This document shows, in pieces, positions 11,895 to 24,280 of a stretch of 64,000 bases of DNA (position 1 is its first letter; each line of letters starts with the position of its first letter). A model generated the notes under the pieces. The model was not told where the DNA came from. It did no database searches and was given only the letters and a program-made list of their open reading frames with translations. Both the position numbers and the translations under genes were made by a program. This DNA comes from Octopus sinensis (Eukaryota), in NCBI RefSeq assembly GCF_006345805.1, contig NC_043022.1, forward strand, positions 6,014,001-6,078,000. The letters are read 5' to 3'.

Positions 11895-14410
11895 CATTTC
11901 TCTCTCTCTCTCCCTCTTATCTATCTCTCTGTCACGCCATCCTCTCTCTCTCTCCCTCTTATCTATCTCCTCTCTACTCTGTCAAGCCTAGTTCTCTCTT
12001 CTCTCTCTCTCCCTCTTATCTATATCTCTGTCATGCCGTCTCTCCTATCTCTCTCCCTCTTACTATCTATCTCTGTCACGCACCGTCGTCTCTCCCTCTC
12101 TCCCTCTTTATCTATCTATCTCTCTGTCACGCCCGTCTCCTCTCTCTCTCCCTTTATCTATCTCTCTGTCACGCCGTCTCCCTCTCTCTCTCCCTCTTAT
12201 CTATCTCTCTTGTCACGCAGTCTCTCTCTCTCTCTCTCCCCTCTTATCTATCTCTCTGTCACGCAGTCTCTCTCTCTTCTCCCCTCTTCCCATACTCTTA
12301 TCTACTCTCTTGTTCACGCCGTCTCTCTCTCTCCCTCTTATCTATCTCTCTGTCATGCCGTTCTCCCTCCTCCCTCTTATCTATCTCTCTGTCACGCCCG
12401 TCTCTCTCTCTCTCTCCCTTCTTATCTATCTCTTCTGTCACACGCCGTCTCTCTCTCTCTCTCTCTCCCCTCTTATCTATCTCATCTCCGGTCACGCCGT
12501 CTCTCTCTCTCTCTCTCTCCCTCTTATCTATCTCTCTGTCACGCCGTCTCTCTCTCCCTCTCCCTCTTATCTATCTCTCTGTCACGCCGTTCTCTCTCTC
12601 TCTCTCCCTCTTATCTATCTCTCTGTCACACGCGTCTCTCTCTCTCTCCCTCTTATCTATCTCTCTGTCACGGCCGTCTCTCTCTCTCCCTCTTATCTAT
12701 CTCTCTGTCATGCCGCCCTCTCTCTCTCTCTCACCCTCTTATCATCCTCTCTGTCACGCCCTGTCTATCGTCCGTCACGTTTCTCTCCCTCTCCCCCTAT
12801 TATCTATCTCTCTGTCACGCCGTCTCTCTCTCTCTCTCCTTCTTATCTATCTCTCTGTCACGCCGTCTCTCTCTCCCTCTTATCTATCTCTCTGTCACGC
12901 CGTTCTCTCTCTCTCCCTCGATCTTATCTCTCTGTCACGCTCGTCTCTCTCTCTCTCTCTCCCTCTTATCTATCTCTCTGTCACGCCGTCTCTCTCCTCT
13001 CTCCCTCTTATCTATCTCTCTGTTACGCCGTAGTCTCTCTCTCTCCCTCTTATAATCTCTCTGTCACGCCGTCTCTCTCTCTCTCTCCCTTTCTTATTCT
13101 ATCTCTCTGTCACGCCGTCGTCTCTCTCTCTCTCTCCCTCTTATCTATCTCTCTGTCACGCCCGTCTCTCCTCTCTCTCTCTCCCTCTTATCTATCTCTC
13201 TGTCACGCCCCGTCTCTCTCTCCCTCTCTATCCTCTTATCTATCTCTCTGTCACGCCGTCTCTCTCTCTCTCTCTCTCCCTCTTATCTATCTCTCTGTCA
13301 CGCCGTCTCTCTCTCTCTCTCTCCTATTTATATCTCTCTGTCACGGCCGTCTCTCTCCTCTTATCTATCTCTCTGTCACGCCGTCTCTCTCTCTCTCCCT
13401 ATATCTATCTTTCTGTCACGCGTCTCTCTCTCTCTCTCCCTCTTATCTATCTCTCTGTCACACCGTCTCTCTCTCTCCCTCTTATCTATCTCTCTGTCAC
13501 GCCGTCTCTCTCTCTCCCTCTTATCTATCTCTCTGTCACGCCGCCTCTCTCTCTCTCTCCCCTCTTATCTATCTCTCTGTCACGCCGTCTCTCTCTCTCC
13601 CTCTTATCTATCTCTCTGTCACGCCGTCTCTCTCTCTCTCTCTTATCTATCTCTCTGTCACGCCGTCTCTCTCTCTCTCTCTCCCTCTTATCTATCTGTC
13701 ACGCCGTCTCTCTCTCCCTCTTATCTATCTCTCTGTCACGCCGTCTCTCTCTCTCTCCCTCTTATCTATCTCTCTGTCACGCCGTCTCTCTCTCTCTCCC
13801 TCTTATCTATCTCTCTGTCACGCCGTCTCTCTCTCTCTCCCTCTTATCTATCTCTCTGTCACGCCGTCTCTCTCTCTCTCTCTTATCTATCTCTCTGTCA
13901 CGCCGTCTCTCTCTCTCTCTCCCTCCTCTTATCTATCTCTCTGTCACGCCGTCTCTCTCTCTCTCTCTCCCTCTTATCTATCTCTCTGTCACGCCGTCTC
14001 TCTCTCTCTCCCTCTTATCTATCTCTCTGTCACGCCGTCTCTCTCTCTCTCCCTCCCTCTTATCTATCTCTCTGTCACGCCGTCTCTCTCTCTCTCCCTC
14101 TTATCTATCTCTCTGTCACGCCGTCTCTCTCTCTCTCTCCCTCCCTCTTATCTATCTCTCTGTCACGCCGTCTCTCTCTCTCCCTTATCTATCTCTCTGT
14201 TACGCCGTCTCTCTCTCTCTGTCACGTCGTCTCTCTCTCTTCCCTCTTATCTATCTCTGTCACGCCGTCTCTCTCTCTCCCTCTTATCTATCTCTCTGTC
14301 ACGCCGTCTCTCTCTCTCTCTCCTTCACGCCGTCTCTCTCTCTCTCCCTCTTATATCTCTCTCTCTCTCTCTCTCCCTCACGCCGTCTCTCTCTCTCTCT
14401 CTCTCCCTCT
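11895..14410. repeat. 2.5-kb CT-rich minisatellite; unit ccctcttatctatctctctgtcacgccgt(ct)n, ~35-45 bp, roughly 60 copies
   Basis: Direct reading; explains the 417-aa and 784-aa S/L-rich pseudo-ORFs. Confidence 0.98.
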
Positions 14411-14539
14411 ATTGTTCTTTCTCCTTCATCACACAAACGCTCATCTTATTTTGCCATTGTTATATTCAAAATCCACGCCAAGTGAAATCACACTCACACA
14501 CTTATTACATCCTCGCCACTTCTCTTATCTCCTCTATCT

Positions 14540-15654
14540 CTCTCGCTCACGCGCGCAGTTTTACTACATTTTCCCTCTTCTCCATCTCCGCCTCTTCTGA
14601 CCAAACCTGCCTGCTGCTACCCCGCCACCCTTCTCTCGTTAAGGAGCCCCTCATGAGATGCTGACGGCGACGGCGGCACCGACTGCTGCTCCTGCTGCTG
14701 TTTCTCGTTTCACATTGGAATATTAAACTGGCTGAACCCGTCCTTCTCTCTTCCTACTTCTTCTTCTTCTCATCCTTTCAAACCCCCAAAAGCCGTGTAA
14801 AAAGGCAGCAGCACCACTAAAGCAAAACACAACTGACTTACTACTAAAGCGATGGGAAACTGAACGGTTAAATATAAACAAACAAACACACACGCACATT
14901 AAAAAACTGAAAGAAATTATCTTTAATTGTTAATTAACTTTGTTCCTTTTTTTTGGTAATTTGTAACAACAAAAAAAAAACAAAAAAAGGAAGATTTATT
15001 TTTCGAATTTGGAATTAACGAAGGAAGTAAAATACGTCGGAAGTAAAAGAGAAAAAAAGGTTTTTTTAAAAAATTACAATCGACCAAACCCTTGGAATAT
15101 TATCTTGACGGCGGATTCAAGGAGACTGAAAGGAATTGCTATCTATGTCCATTTCTATAGGATGGACATTGGGGTAGACCAGAGCTACCCCGCACCGCTA
15201 CCGGACATCGTAGTAACAATTAACGGATTAACAATAGCAGCGAGAGGCTAGGCCAGCCGAGGGGGAGGAACATGGTCAAAGAGTAATAGACAAATCCTAG
15301 CAGCAGAAGCAGTCGCCTTCTTTATCCCAAATATCCCGGGGCCTAATTCCTCAAACCGGCCAGAATGGATTTTATTACAAATGGTTCTAATATTCGTTGA
15401 CCTGATGAAGCCTCTACCCAAACCAAACAAGGGCTGCTTGTTTGTTGGGTAGAGGGGGAAAAGAGCCTGTTTGAAAGCATTTTGGCTTTTTTTTTTTTTT
15501 TACTTTCTTGTGACATGTGTTTTACCTAGAGTGATTGTCACGTCCTCCCAGATTTTTTTTTTTTTTACCTACAACAGCGGAGTCGGTGGAGCATCGCTGG
15601 TGGCGGCGGTGCTGGCTGGCCCACATCGGAGACAGACAGACAGTCTCTGTCAAC
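14540..15654 (+). promoter_or_regulatory. CpG-rich, TE-free putative promoter and 5' leader
   Basis: High CpG density versus flanks (cgcgcgcagtt, gacggcgacggcggcaccgac); Inr-like GCAGTT at 14555-14560; no TE copies; leads into an ATG exon with a donor. Confidence 0.5.
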
Positions 15655-15689
15655 ATGCCAAATATCGAACAGCTGGCCACAAAACAGAG
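15655..15689 (+). CDS. Candidate first coding exon MPNIEQLATKQ(R/S), ends phase 2
   Basis: ATG in invertebrate Kozak-like context gtCAACATG; donor AG|GTAAAC at 15690; strong poly-T/CAG acceptor at 15577 upstream. Product not recognised. Confidence 0.5.
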
Positions 15690-16606
15690 GTAAACCGATT
15701 TTTTTGGGGTTCTTCTCATTTCGTTTTATTGCATTTTATTTTGTAACGTAGCACAGGGTTTCGAATCGGTGATCCGGTTTCGATTCTCGGATGTGACAGT
15801 TTCAATATCATGTACATTTCTAATGACCCTTGAAGTACACACACACACACACACACACGGTACACCTTCCTACTTGTGTGTGTCTTTGGAAACATTACGT
15901 AAGAATTGTGTTTATGGTGTTTCGTGACTTGTGTTGAAGATTTGGGTTTACGTGACTTATACATCTATAGGATATATACGCATGTATGTATACATCTGCT
16001 AATACAATCTAGAGATGATCATATTGTTACAATCTGATAACAGTCTTACAACGTGCGTATACATGTTCACACACCATAACTTGTGTGTGTGTATGAGGTA
16101 TATATATATGAAGCAGACACTGATGTATATGTATATGAAATAGGCAGGTCTGTATAATGTATATACGCACCCGTTATACGCATATGAAGCTGACATGTAT
16201 ATATGTCATATACTTACTGATGTAGTATCTGTTATACACACACAGCAATGTGTATAACGCATTGTGTTTGTTATATACACACACACATACAGTAGTGTAT
16301 ATTTATGAAGCCGACACGCTCGTTACATTGTGTTGTGTTTATTTATGAAATAACGGAAATTAATTAAGAAGATGCTAATGAAGTTAATGAAGTTTATATA
16401 TAGCAAGTTTTTTTTTTATGAAAAGCCGAGATTTCCCGTGTATATTAGGAAGAATGTCAAAGTTAATGTCACACACGAGAAACACGTGTGTGTGTGTATA
16501 GGCCTACCGTTCTGTCTATGTAAGCAGTTGTAAGATTGTCGACTTAATTCACACGTACATACACACCGCCTGTGTCGTGTATGTATATATATATGTATAT
16601 ATATAT

Positions 16607-16722
16607 ATGGGATGGGGTATGTGTATGTTTAGATATATGAATGAACCAAAAAGTAAAGGAAAAAGATAGGTCTATACAAAGGGGGTGGGATGGGACTATG
16701 CGTGTATATAGCCCTGTCGCGA

Positions 16723-16764
<42 letters not shown>

Positions 16765-16885
16765 GGGATGGGGTATGTGTATGTTTAGATATATGAATGA
16801 ACCAAAAAGTAAAGGAAAAAGATAGGTCTATACAAAGGGGGTGGGACGGGACTATGCGTGTATATAGCCCTGTCGCGAGTGTATA
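16607..16885. repeat. Tandem duplication of 123 bp (period 156) separated by (TA)n
   Basis: atgggatggggtatgtg...gccctgtcgcgagtgtata at 16607-16729 and 16763-16885; I see one mismatch. Confidence 0.95.
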
Positions 16886-16904
16886 ATATGGAGTGTATAT
16901 ATAT

Positions 16905-16940
<36 letters not shown>

Positions 16941-18339
16941 GGCCAACGTTAAAGCGTCTATGTGGTTGCTTGAAGTGCTAGAAATAGCAGCCAAACTCAC
17001 TTTTAAGTCACATTGTATCACTTTACGAAACAACGGATGTTGCGTAACGTGGTACTACTACAACTGCTGTACTGGAGTGCATCTGCACAGAGGACTGGAT
17101 GGTCACGGTGAAGGCGTCTCTGATCATAAGTCTACTTCGTCAGGACTGACCTAGGGCTAATCAACAACTACAACACCCATGTACGTACGAGTCTGCGAAG
17201 GAGCCTGTGGGTGGTTGTTCACCCTGCTAGAAACAACAGCCACGTTTCTTTCAAATCGCATCCAACTATTGAGTTATTTTTTTTAAAATAATAAAACAAA
17301 CTGGATGGTCGTTGATGGAACGCCTTCGGTGATATGTCCTGTTCAGTCAGTCCTGTCCCCGTAGCTAAAGCAATCACCACAACACTTACGGAGTGGAGGC
17401 CATGTGCTGTGAATGCAACTTGTCATTCATGTTTAATGACCGACGAAGAATAGGACAAACACGATTAATGGATAGTTATAAAGTTAAGAGGATTTTTATT
17501 GTCAAACTTGTTCCCTTTCAGACTTAATTAGTTTCTGATTGCCTTCGTCGAACCATTGTTATCATCCTCGTGTCGTTTTAATTAACTAAAACTCATTAGT
17601 TAACTCAATCAACGATGTTTTTGATTCAAACTTTTTACCATCAGAGAGATTTGACAGAAGTCGTGGTAGAGCAGGCAGACCCTTCGTCATAAGCCAATCC
17701 CACCGTGACATCTACCCACCTACTTAGTTGTTATTTAGCACCAGGTCAGTCCCGATAGGGCTGACAGACCATTGATCACAAGCCAATCCAACGATGGCCC
17801 TACCGTCTCGTCTAGTTGTTTAGCTTTAAAAAAGTTAGTATCTGATAGCGCTGACAGACCTTTGAGGAATCAAATCTTGTTCCGTCCGTGACCACACCGT
17901 CTGTTTGTCAGAGATACCAAGACTACAACAACAATAACAACAAAATTATCTATCCGCTGTCCTTTTTTTTTTATGACGACAGTGAGAGGGAATACAACTG
18001 TTATTTCTAGCATAGAGGGTCGTTCAGAGAATGCAAGCATAGGTAAATTAGGACACACACACATACAATGCACAATACATAAACGCACATACAATACACA
18101 ATATATATATACATACACATACACGCTCTCAACATTCTTGACATCCAAAAGTAAATATAGGTCTTTCCTCTCGACACCCCCTCAAATGCGTGTGTGCGGT
18201 GCCAGTCACTTCTTTGTACAGACATTATCAAAGATAGATAGAGGGTTTGTAACTTCTTGAGGATCCACTACCTGATCCCCACACCCACTACACTACACTC
18301 ACACACTAACCCTTCTCTGTCTCTTATAGTTCTGGGTAC

Positions 18340-19110
<771 letters not shown>

Positions 19111-19111
19111 C

Positions 19112-19258
19112 CGGAGTGAAACAAGGTGGAAAAAAAGAGTACTCAAATATCAGTGGTAGAGTAAAATGCTTTATTTAAAGCAGCAGAAAATTCAACAAAA
19201 TCTGTTACTCTGAGTTTCCCGTTGCCGTTCATCAGACAGTTTTTGCTTTAAATAAAGT
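19112..19258 (-). mobile_element. Penelope-like terminal fragment with hammerhead-like core
   Basis: Same family as 54520-54650; minus strand reads ctgtCTGATGAacggcaacggGAAActc; short inverted piece at its end (gctttaaataaag vs ctttatttaaagc). Confidence 0.55.
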
Positions 19259-19714
19259 ATATATATATGTATGTATACTGTGTTGTAGTGTTTTTGTTTG
19301 TTTTGGTTGTATCTAATTATTTGGAGTGTGTTGCCGGATTGATTGGCAGCGACCCACTTACCGTTTCCTGTAGACAAGAAGCTGCTAGGTTTTCTCGAGA
19401 AACCCATAGAATTGTCTTCTATTTGTAAACACAAATCGTTTTGTTTCTCCTCCTCCTCCACCATCGCCGTCTTCCTCACTCAGCTGACGACATATTTCGC
19501 CGCACTCCCCCATATACACACACATACTTAAAGGCATACACGCACACATACAGATATATACATATATGCTTCTGTCTACCTACACTGACATATGTATATA
19601 CTTATACATTAGTTTGTGTACGGTGTATATATATATATATATATATACACACTTACATAGACACATTTGAGCATCTCTTATTAGTTTTCCATGTCATGTA
19701 ATGTCTTTATATCT

Positions 19715-20105
19715 TCTACTTGCTTCAGTCATTAGACTGCGGCCATTCTGCAGCACCGCTTTGAAGAATTTTAGTTAGAAAATCGATCTCAGTATTTATT
19801 TATTTATTTATCTATTAAGCCTGGTACTTATTCTATCTGTATCTTTTGCTGAACTGCTAAGTTACAGAGACATAAACACACCGACATCAGTTGTGAAACT
19901 GTACGGTGGTTGGGGAGGGGACCCCCCCCCCCATATATATATATTTATTTACATACACACGATGAGCTTCTTTCAGTTTCCATCTTCCAAATCCACTGAC
20001 AAGGCTTTGGTCAGCTCAGGGTTATATAAGACACTTGCCCAAGGTGCCATGCAGTGGAACTGAACCTGAAACTATGTGATTGGGTAGTAAATTTCTTACT
20101 GCACA
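19715..20105 (-). mobile_element. SINE family S1, diverged
   Basis: cttcagtcattagactgcggcc...cttgcccaaggtgccatgcagtggaactgaacc matches the reverse complement of the 44337 copy. Confidence 0.85.
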
Positions 20106-20521
20106 GCCACACACACAGTATGTATCTAGTTGTCAGTACTAACTTATATGTCAGTTATGATATATATATACACACACACACACACACAACGTGTACAGTC
20201 ATTAAGTGTTATAGCTGTATAGGCCAATTGTAAGGTATGTATGTATACAGACACTATGTGTGTATATGCTTGTTGGTATAACAGTGTATATGTGTAGTAA
20301 GGGGGAAACAGCTGCTGTTTAACCCCAGGTCAGGCTTATGTTTGGGTAGATCCATAATCAAACATATTCCAACCTGGACCATCATGTCTTTTTTTTTTCT
20401 GGACATCCTTGACGGCAATGTATCAGATGTGTTTTTTAGAAGAACATCGTTGGGGTTTTTTCAGATTTAGCTGCTATTTCTAACAAGTCAAGCTTATATA
20501 GTTTCCTCGAATGCTTGTGTT

Positions 20522-20555
<34 letters not shown>

Positions 20556-20880
20556 CAGCAGCAGCAATTAGTTAATTGTAAGTTGTTGTTTAGCCCCAGG
20601 TCAGTCTAATTGAGCAGATCTATGATTGAAGCTGTCTCGACCGTGACTCTCAATCTTAATGTGAATGTGGAAGTTGTGGGTGCTATTTCTAGCACATATG
20701 GCAAGGACATAGTACCTTTCTTGTTGGTATTGTGTGTGTGTGGTGGGGTCAGTAGCTGACTTTACAATGTATGAGTTTATATATGTGTGTGCTTATATTA
20801 CCAGTTGTGTGTGTGTGTGTGTGAGGTGGCAGTCTTCCACTGCAAACAGCTGTGATGAAGAAATTACCTGACTCTCCCAG

Positions 20881-20972
20881 CTAATTGCTGTCCTACTGTC
20901 CAGGTTTCAATACCTACGTGTGACAAAGGACCTGAAGATTGCAATACTTTCGGCTGTCATCATGGATGTTGA
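20881..20972 (+). CDS. Candidate phase-1 exon A: xNCCPTVQVSIPTCDKGPEDCNTFGCHHGC(TGA)
   Basis: Acceptor cctgactctcccAG|CT; PE-x8-HGC motif shared with 28561 via synonymous changes. A second acceptor at 20903 (ctaat...tgtccAG|G) is also present. Confidence 0.4.
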
Positions 20973-21075
20973 GGATTAAATAACTTCGGCACATTCGTAA
21001 AATCTCTTGTAAAAGTCCTCATAAATCTCTTTCATGTTACCAAACTAATACAAGACAGACATTCCATGGAATACC

Positions 21076-21310
21076 TATTTCTTTACTACCCACAAGGGGC
21101 TAAACACAGAGGGGACAAACAAGGACAGACATAGGTATTAAGTCGATTACATCGACCCCAGTGCGTAACTGGTACTTAATTTATCGACCCCGAAAGGATG
21201 AAAGGTAAAGTCGACCTCGGCGGAATTTGAACTCACAACGTAACGGCTGACGAAATACTGTTAAGCATTTCGCCCGACGTGCTAACGTTTCTGCTAGCTC
21301 GCCGCCTTTC
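21076..21310 (-). mobile_element. SINE family S2, full length with 16-bp TSD
   Basis: TSD cattccatggaatacc at 21060-21075 and 21311-21326. Confidence 0.95.
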
Positions 21311-21504
21311 CATTCCATGGAATACCAATGTATTATTGTTTTAGCATTTGAACTGGCCCCTATCCTGCACAAGTATTCTCCCTATTTTATGTCCAAACCA
21401 TCCAGATCCAGCCTCTCACACCTACCCTACAATGTTATCCCAAAAATAAACAATCACATCAGAGAAATCTTGAAGCAACAAGATGCCTTTTACTCGTTTG
21501 TTTG

Positions 21505-21900
21505 TTTCTGTCATTTTTACTGTGGCCATGCTGGAGCACCAACTTAAAGGGTTTTAGTGTAAGAAATTGGCCCTGGACTTATTCTATCGGTCACTTTTAC
21601 TGAACAGCTAAGTTACAGAGACGTAAGCGCACCAACACTGGTTATCAAGCGATGGTGGAGAGGACAAACTCAGACACAAAGATAAACACATAAATTTATA
21701 CATAAATATATATATATATATATATCTGTGTGTGTATATATATATATTTGACAGGCTTCTTTCAGTTTCCCAAATCCACTCACAAGGCTTTGGTCGGCCC
21801 GAAGCTATAGTAGAAGACACTTGCCCATGGTGTCACGCAGTGGGACTGAACCCAGAACCATGTGGTTGGTAAACAAGCTACTTACCACACAGCCACGCCT
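21505..21900 (-). mobile_element. SINE family S1
   Basis: gactgtggccatgctggagcacc...cttaccacacagccacgcctgc, reverse complement of the S1 pattern. Confidence 0.9.
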
Positions 21901-22388
21901 GCATCTATATTTAAAAGTTTCCTTGACAAGGTTTAGCAAAATAAATCTTGCCCGACAGACTTCCAGATTGATCTTTTGAACAGTTTTCAATTCAGTTTCA
22001 ATTCTTACTTGGAGCCATTCTTTATTCGCTGCCATCTTCACCTTCCTTGATTTCTCCTTGGTTCTTAAAAGAAAACATTGTCTTGTCTCTTTGTCCTCAT
22101 ATCACCATTTGGTAAAAGGGTGACGATATGACCTCCAACTCCCCTGAAGTTGCTGGCCTTGTGCCAAAATTTGAAACTGGTGTATTTGTATGAGCAGAAT
22201 CATTAGACTGTTGGACAGAATGAATGCATTGTGATGTTCACATTCTTAGTTCAAATCTTGCATTGGTCAGCTATCATTCGGTCCTGGGTTACAAGTTAAA
22301 ATAGTCTGGTCAATACCATGATATACAAATACACACACACACACACACACATATGGTTGGAATACCTTTGATCATAAGTCTACTGTTT

Positions 22389-22468
22389 GAGTCACCCAGG
22401 TGTTGATTTATCTGCTTGAGCCACCCAGGTGTTGGTTTATCTGGTCGAGTCACTCAGGTGTTGGTTTA
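22389..22468. repeat. 29-bp tandem repeat x3
   Basis: gag(t/c)cac(c/t)caggtgttg(g/a)ttta at 22389, 22418 and 22447. Confidence 0.92.
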
Positions 22469-22902
22469 AGAGTTCCAACTCATATCTAGATTAGATTTCT
22501 CTGACACTCAATCATTATTGGTCGTATGAAATTCCTGCTATATTCCTTTTCCTATTCTTCATATATATATATGTGTGTAAATGTATTTGGTTTTGATCTT
22601 CCTTTTATCATTTACATTCTGCACCCTAAGGGGCAACAATTCTCAGACCTTTCATCTTTGTGACCCAGTTTTAGTAAATCAATAATCCTCCATAATCCAT
22701 CCCCGACTCTTTTTTAAATTTCAAATGAAAGAAAATGTAGTTAAACATTTCATTATTCACTTGAAATATTCCTTGGTTTTTGTTTGTAGTGTAACGTTGT
22801 GGCTTTCATTCCTCTGGGTTATCGTATAACATATTGCTAATTGCTCAGTAAATGTTGAGCTGTGGCCCTGATGCCTATGGTCCAGGAATATTTCGTTTTT
22901 AA

Positions 22903-23316
22903 CCCTTCAAGCATTCAGATTCATTTCTCAAACGTTTCATCCATATTTTTTAAACTTAATCACAGAGTATCTTGTGGCTTCAAGATGTGACTGGTTATTT
23001 TGAGAATGACATTGTAGGCTAGGTGTGAGAGGCTGGATCTGGCCAGTTTGAACATAAAACAAGTAGAATATTTGGGCTGGGTTTGACCGATTTAACCCTT
23101 TAGCACTCAGATTATTTCATCAAATCTAATGCTTATTTATTCACATTGCTTTGAATTAATCCTGCATCATCTTGTAGCTTTGAGATTTCAGTGATGGGAT
23201 TGTTTTATTTTGAGAATGACATTGTAGGGTAAGTGGGAGAGGCTGGATCAGGACAGTTTCATCATGAAACAGGTAGAATATTTAGACCGGATGTAGTTGA
23301 TTTAAATGCTATAGGC
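22903..23316 (+). mobile_element. Two tandem piggyBac-like MITEs sharing a TTAA
   Basis: TTAA|cccttcaagcattc (22899), TTAA|ccctttagcactc (23092), end aaatgctataggc|TTAA (23317). TTAA flanks plus CCC termini are typical of piggyBac. Confidence 0.8.
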
Positions 23317-24118
23317 TTAAGGGTCCATAGATTAGGGACCAATGTTTTGGAGGGAATAAACTGTATGTCTGTATCTTGTCGTACAACTCTACATTAAAAC
23401 ACGAAATTTGAATCTTCCCATTTCGTATGAAAAATATCTGTTTATTCATCAGTCACTGCTTATTCACCAGTCATTGATGAAAGCCTTGACTTCACCTGTG
23501 TAGTTGTCTGGGGTTCATGTGACTGTAGATATCTGATGAGACCGATTCTGGTGCAGAAATAACAGCTTCGTGCGAAGGACACATACAGTCTGTGGCCTCA
23601 TTTCTCCCTACTGACCTCGTTTAACAGATCTCATGTTTTGGTGTCTGCTTGCCTGAATGTGGGTCCCTTCTGAGGATTTCATACCTTTGTTAATGGGGTG
23701 GGAGGGCTGTCATAAAGCTTCTACCCGGATGAAGGATTCTCTGATAATGCACCTTCCTGACCTTTGATACTAACTTTCAGATTATGATAAAATTCCGATT
23801 ATATGGCATTATGTAACACTGTAGATTAACTTCTATTCACCTAGTATTAAATAGGGGATAACCTGGTATAAAGGGATAAATTTTAGTAATCACTTTAGAT
23901 TAATAGCCATATTTGACCCTTCAGCACTCAGATTAACCGTTCAAAATGTAATGTTTGCTTATTCACAATTTTTTTAATTAATCATGGATTATCTCACAGC
24001 TTTAAGATTTTAATTATGTCATTATGTTTTGAATGACATTGTTGGGTAGATGTGAAAGGTTGGAGCTGGCCAGTTTGAACAAAAAATAAGTTGAATATTT
24101 AATATCTGTATATATTAC

Positions 24119-24154
<36 letters not shown>

Positions 24155-24280
24155 CTAATATAGGATAAAATTTTTCGAAAAAAATTTTATCAATGGCTAG
24201 CATATTAAAAAATACCTTTAAAGGTTAAATTTATAAACAACTTATAAACAAGTTGTTTATAAGTTGTGTATATATATATA

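Noticed and set aside
11895-14410. CRISPR-like repeat array
   Set aside because: The 'spacers' are only (CT)n length variants, not unique sequences; eukaryotic context and no cas genes.
11802-14664. 417-aa and 784-aa ORFs
   Set aside because: Translations of the CT-rich minisatellite (pyrimidine-rich strand rarely yields stops); S/L repeat composition, no domain.
21940-22030. WLQ...LEVCR similarity to muscleblind
   Set aside because: The two halves are separated by 14 unrelated residues and no CCCH zinc finger follows.
23533-23570. CTGATGA-GACC..GGTGCA-GAAA hammerhead-like motif
   Set aside because: Stem II is broken by insertions and I find no stem I/III partner with a valid NUH site.
23628-23760. 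Strong acceptor (ctgac...ttaacAG)
   Set aside because: All frames stop within 22 codons and there is no convincing donor.
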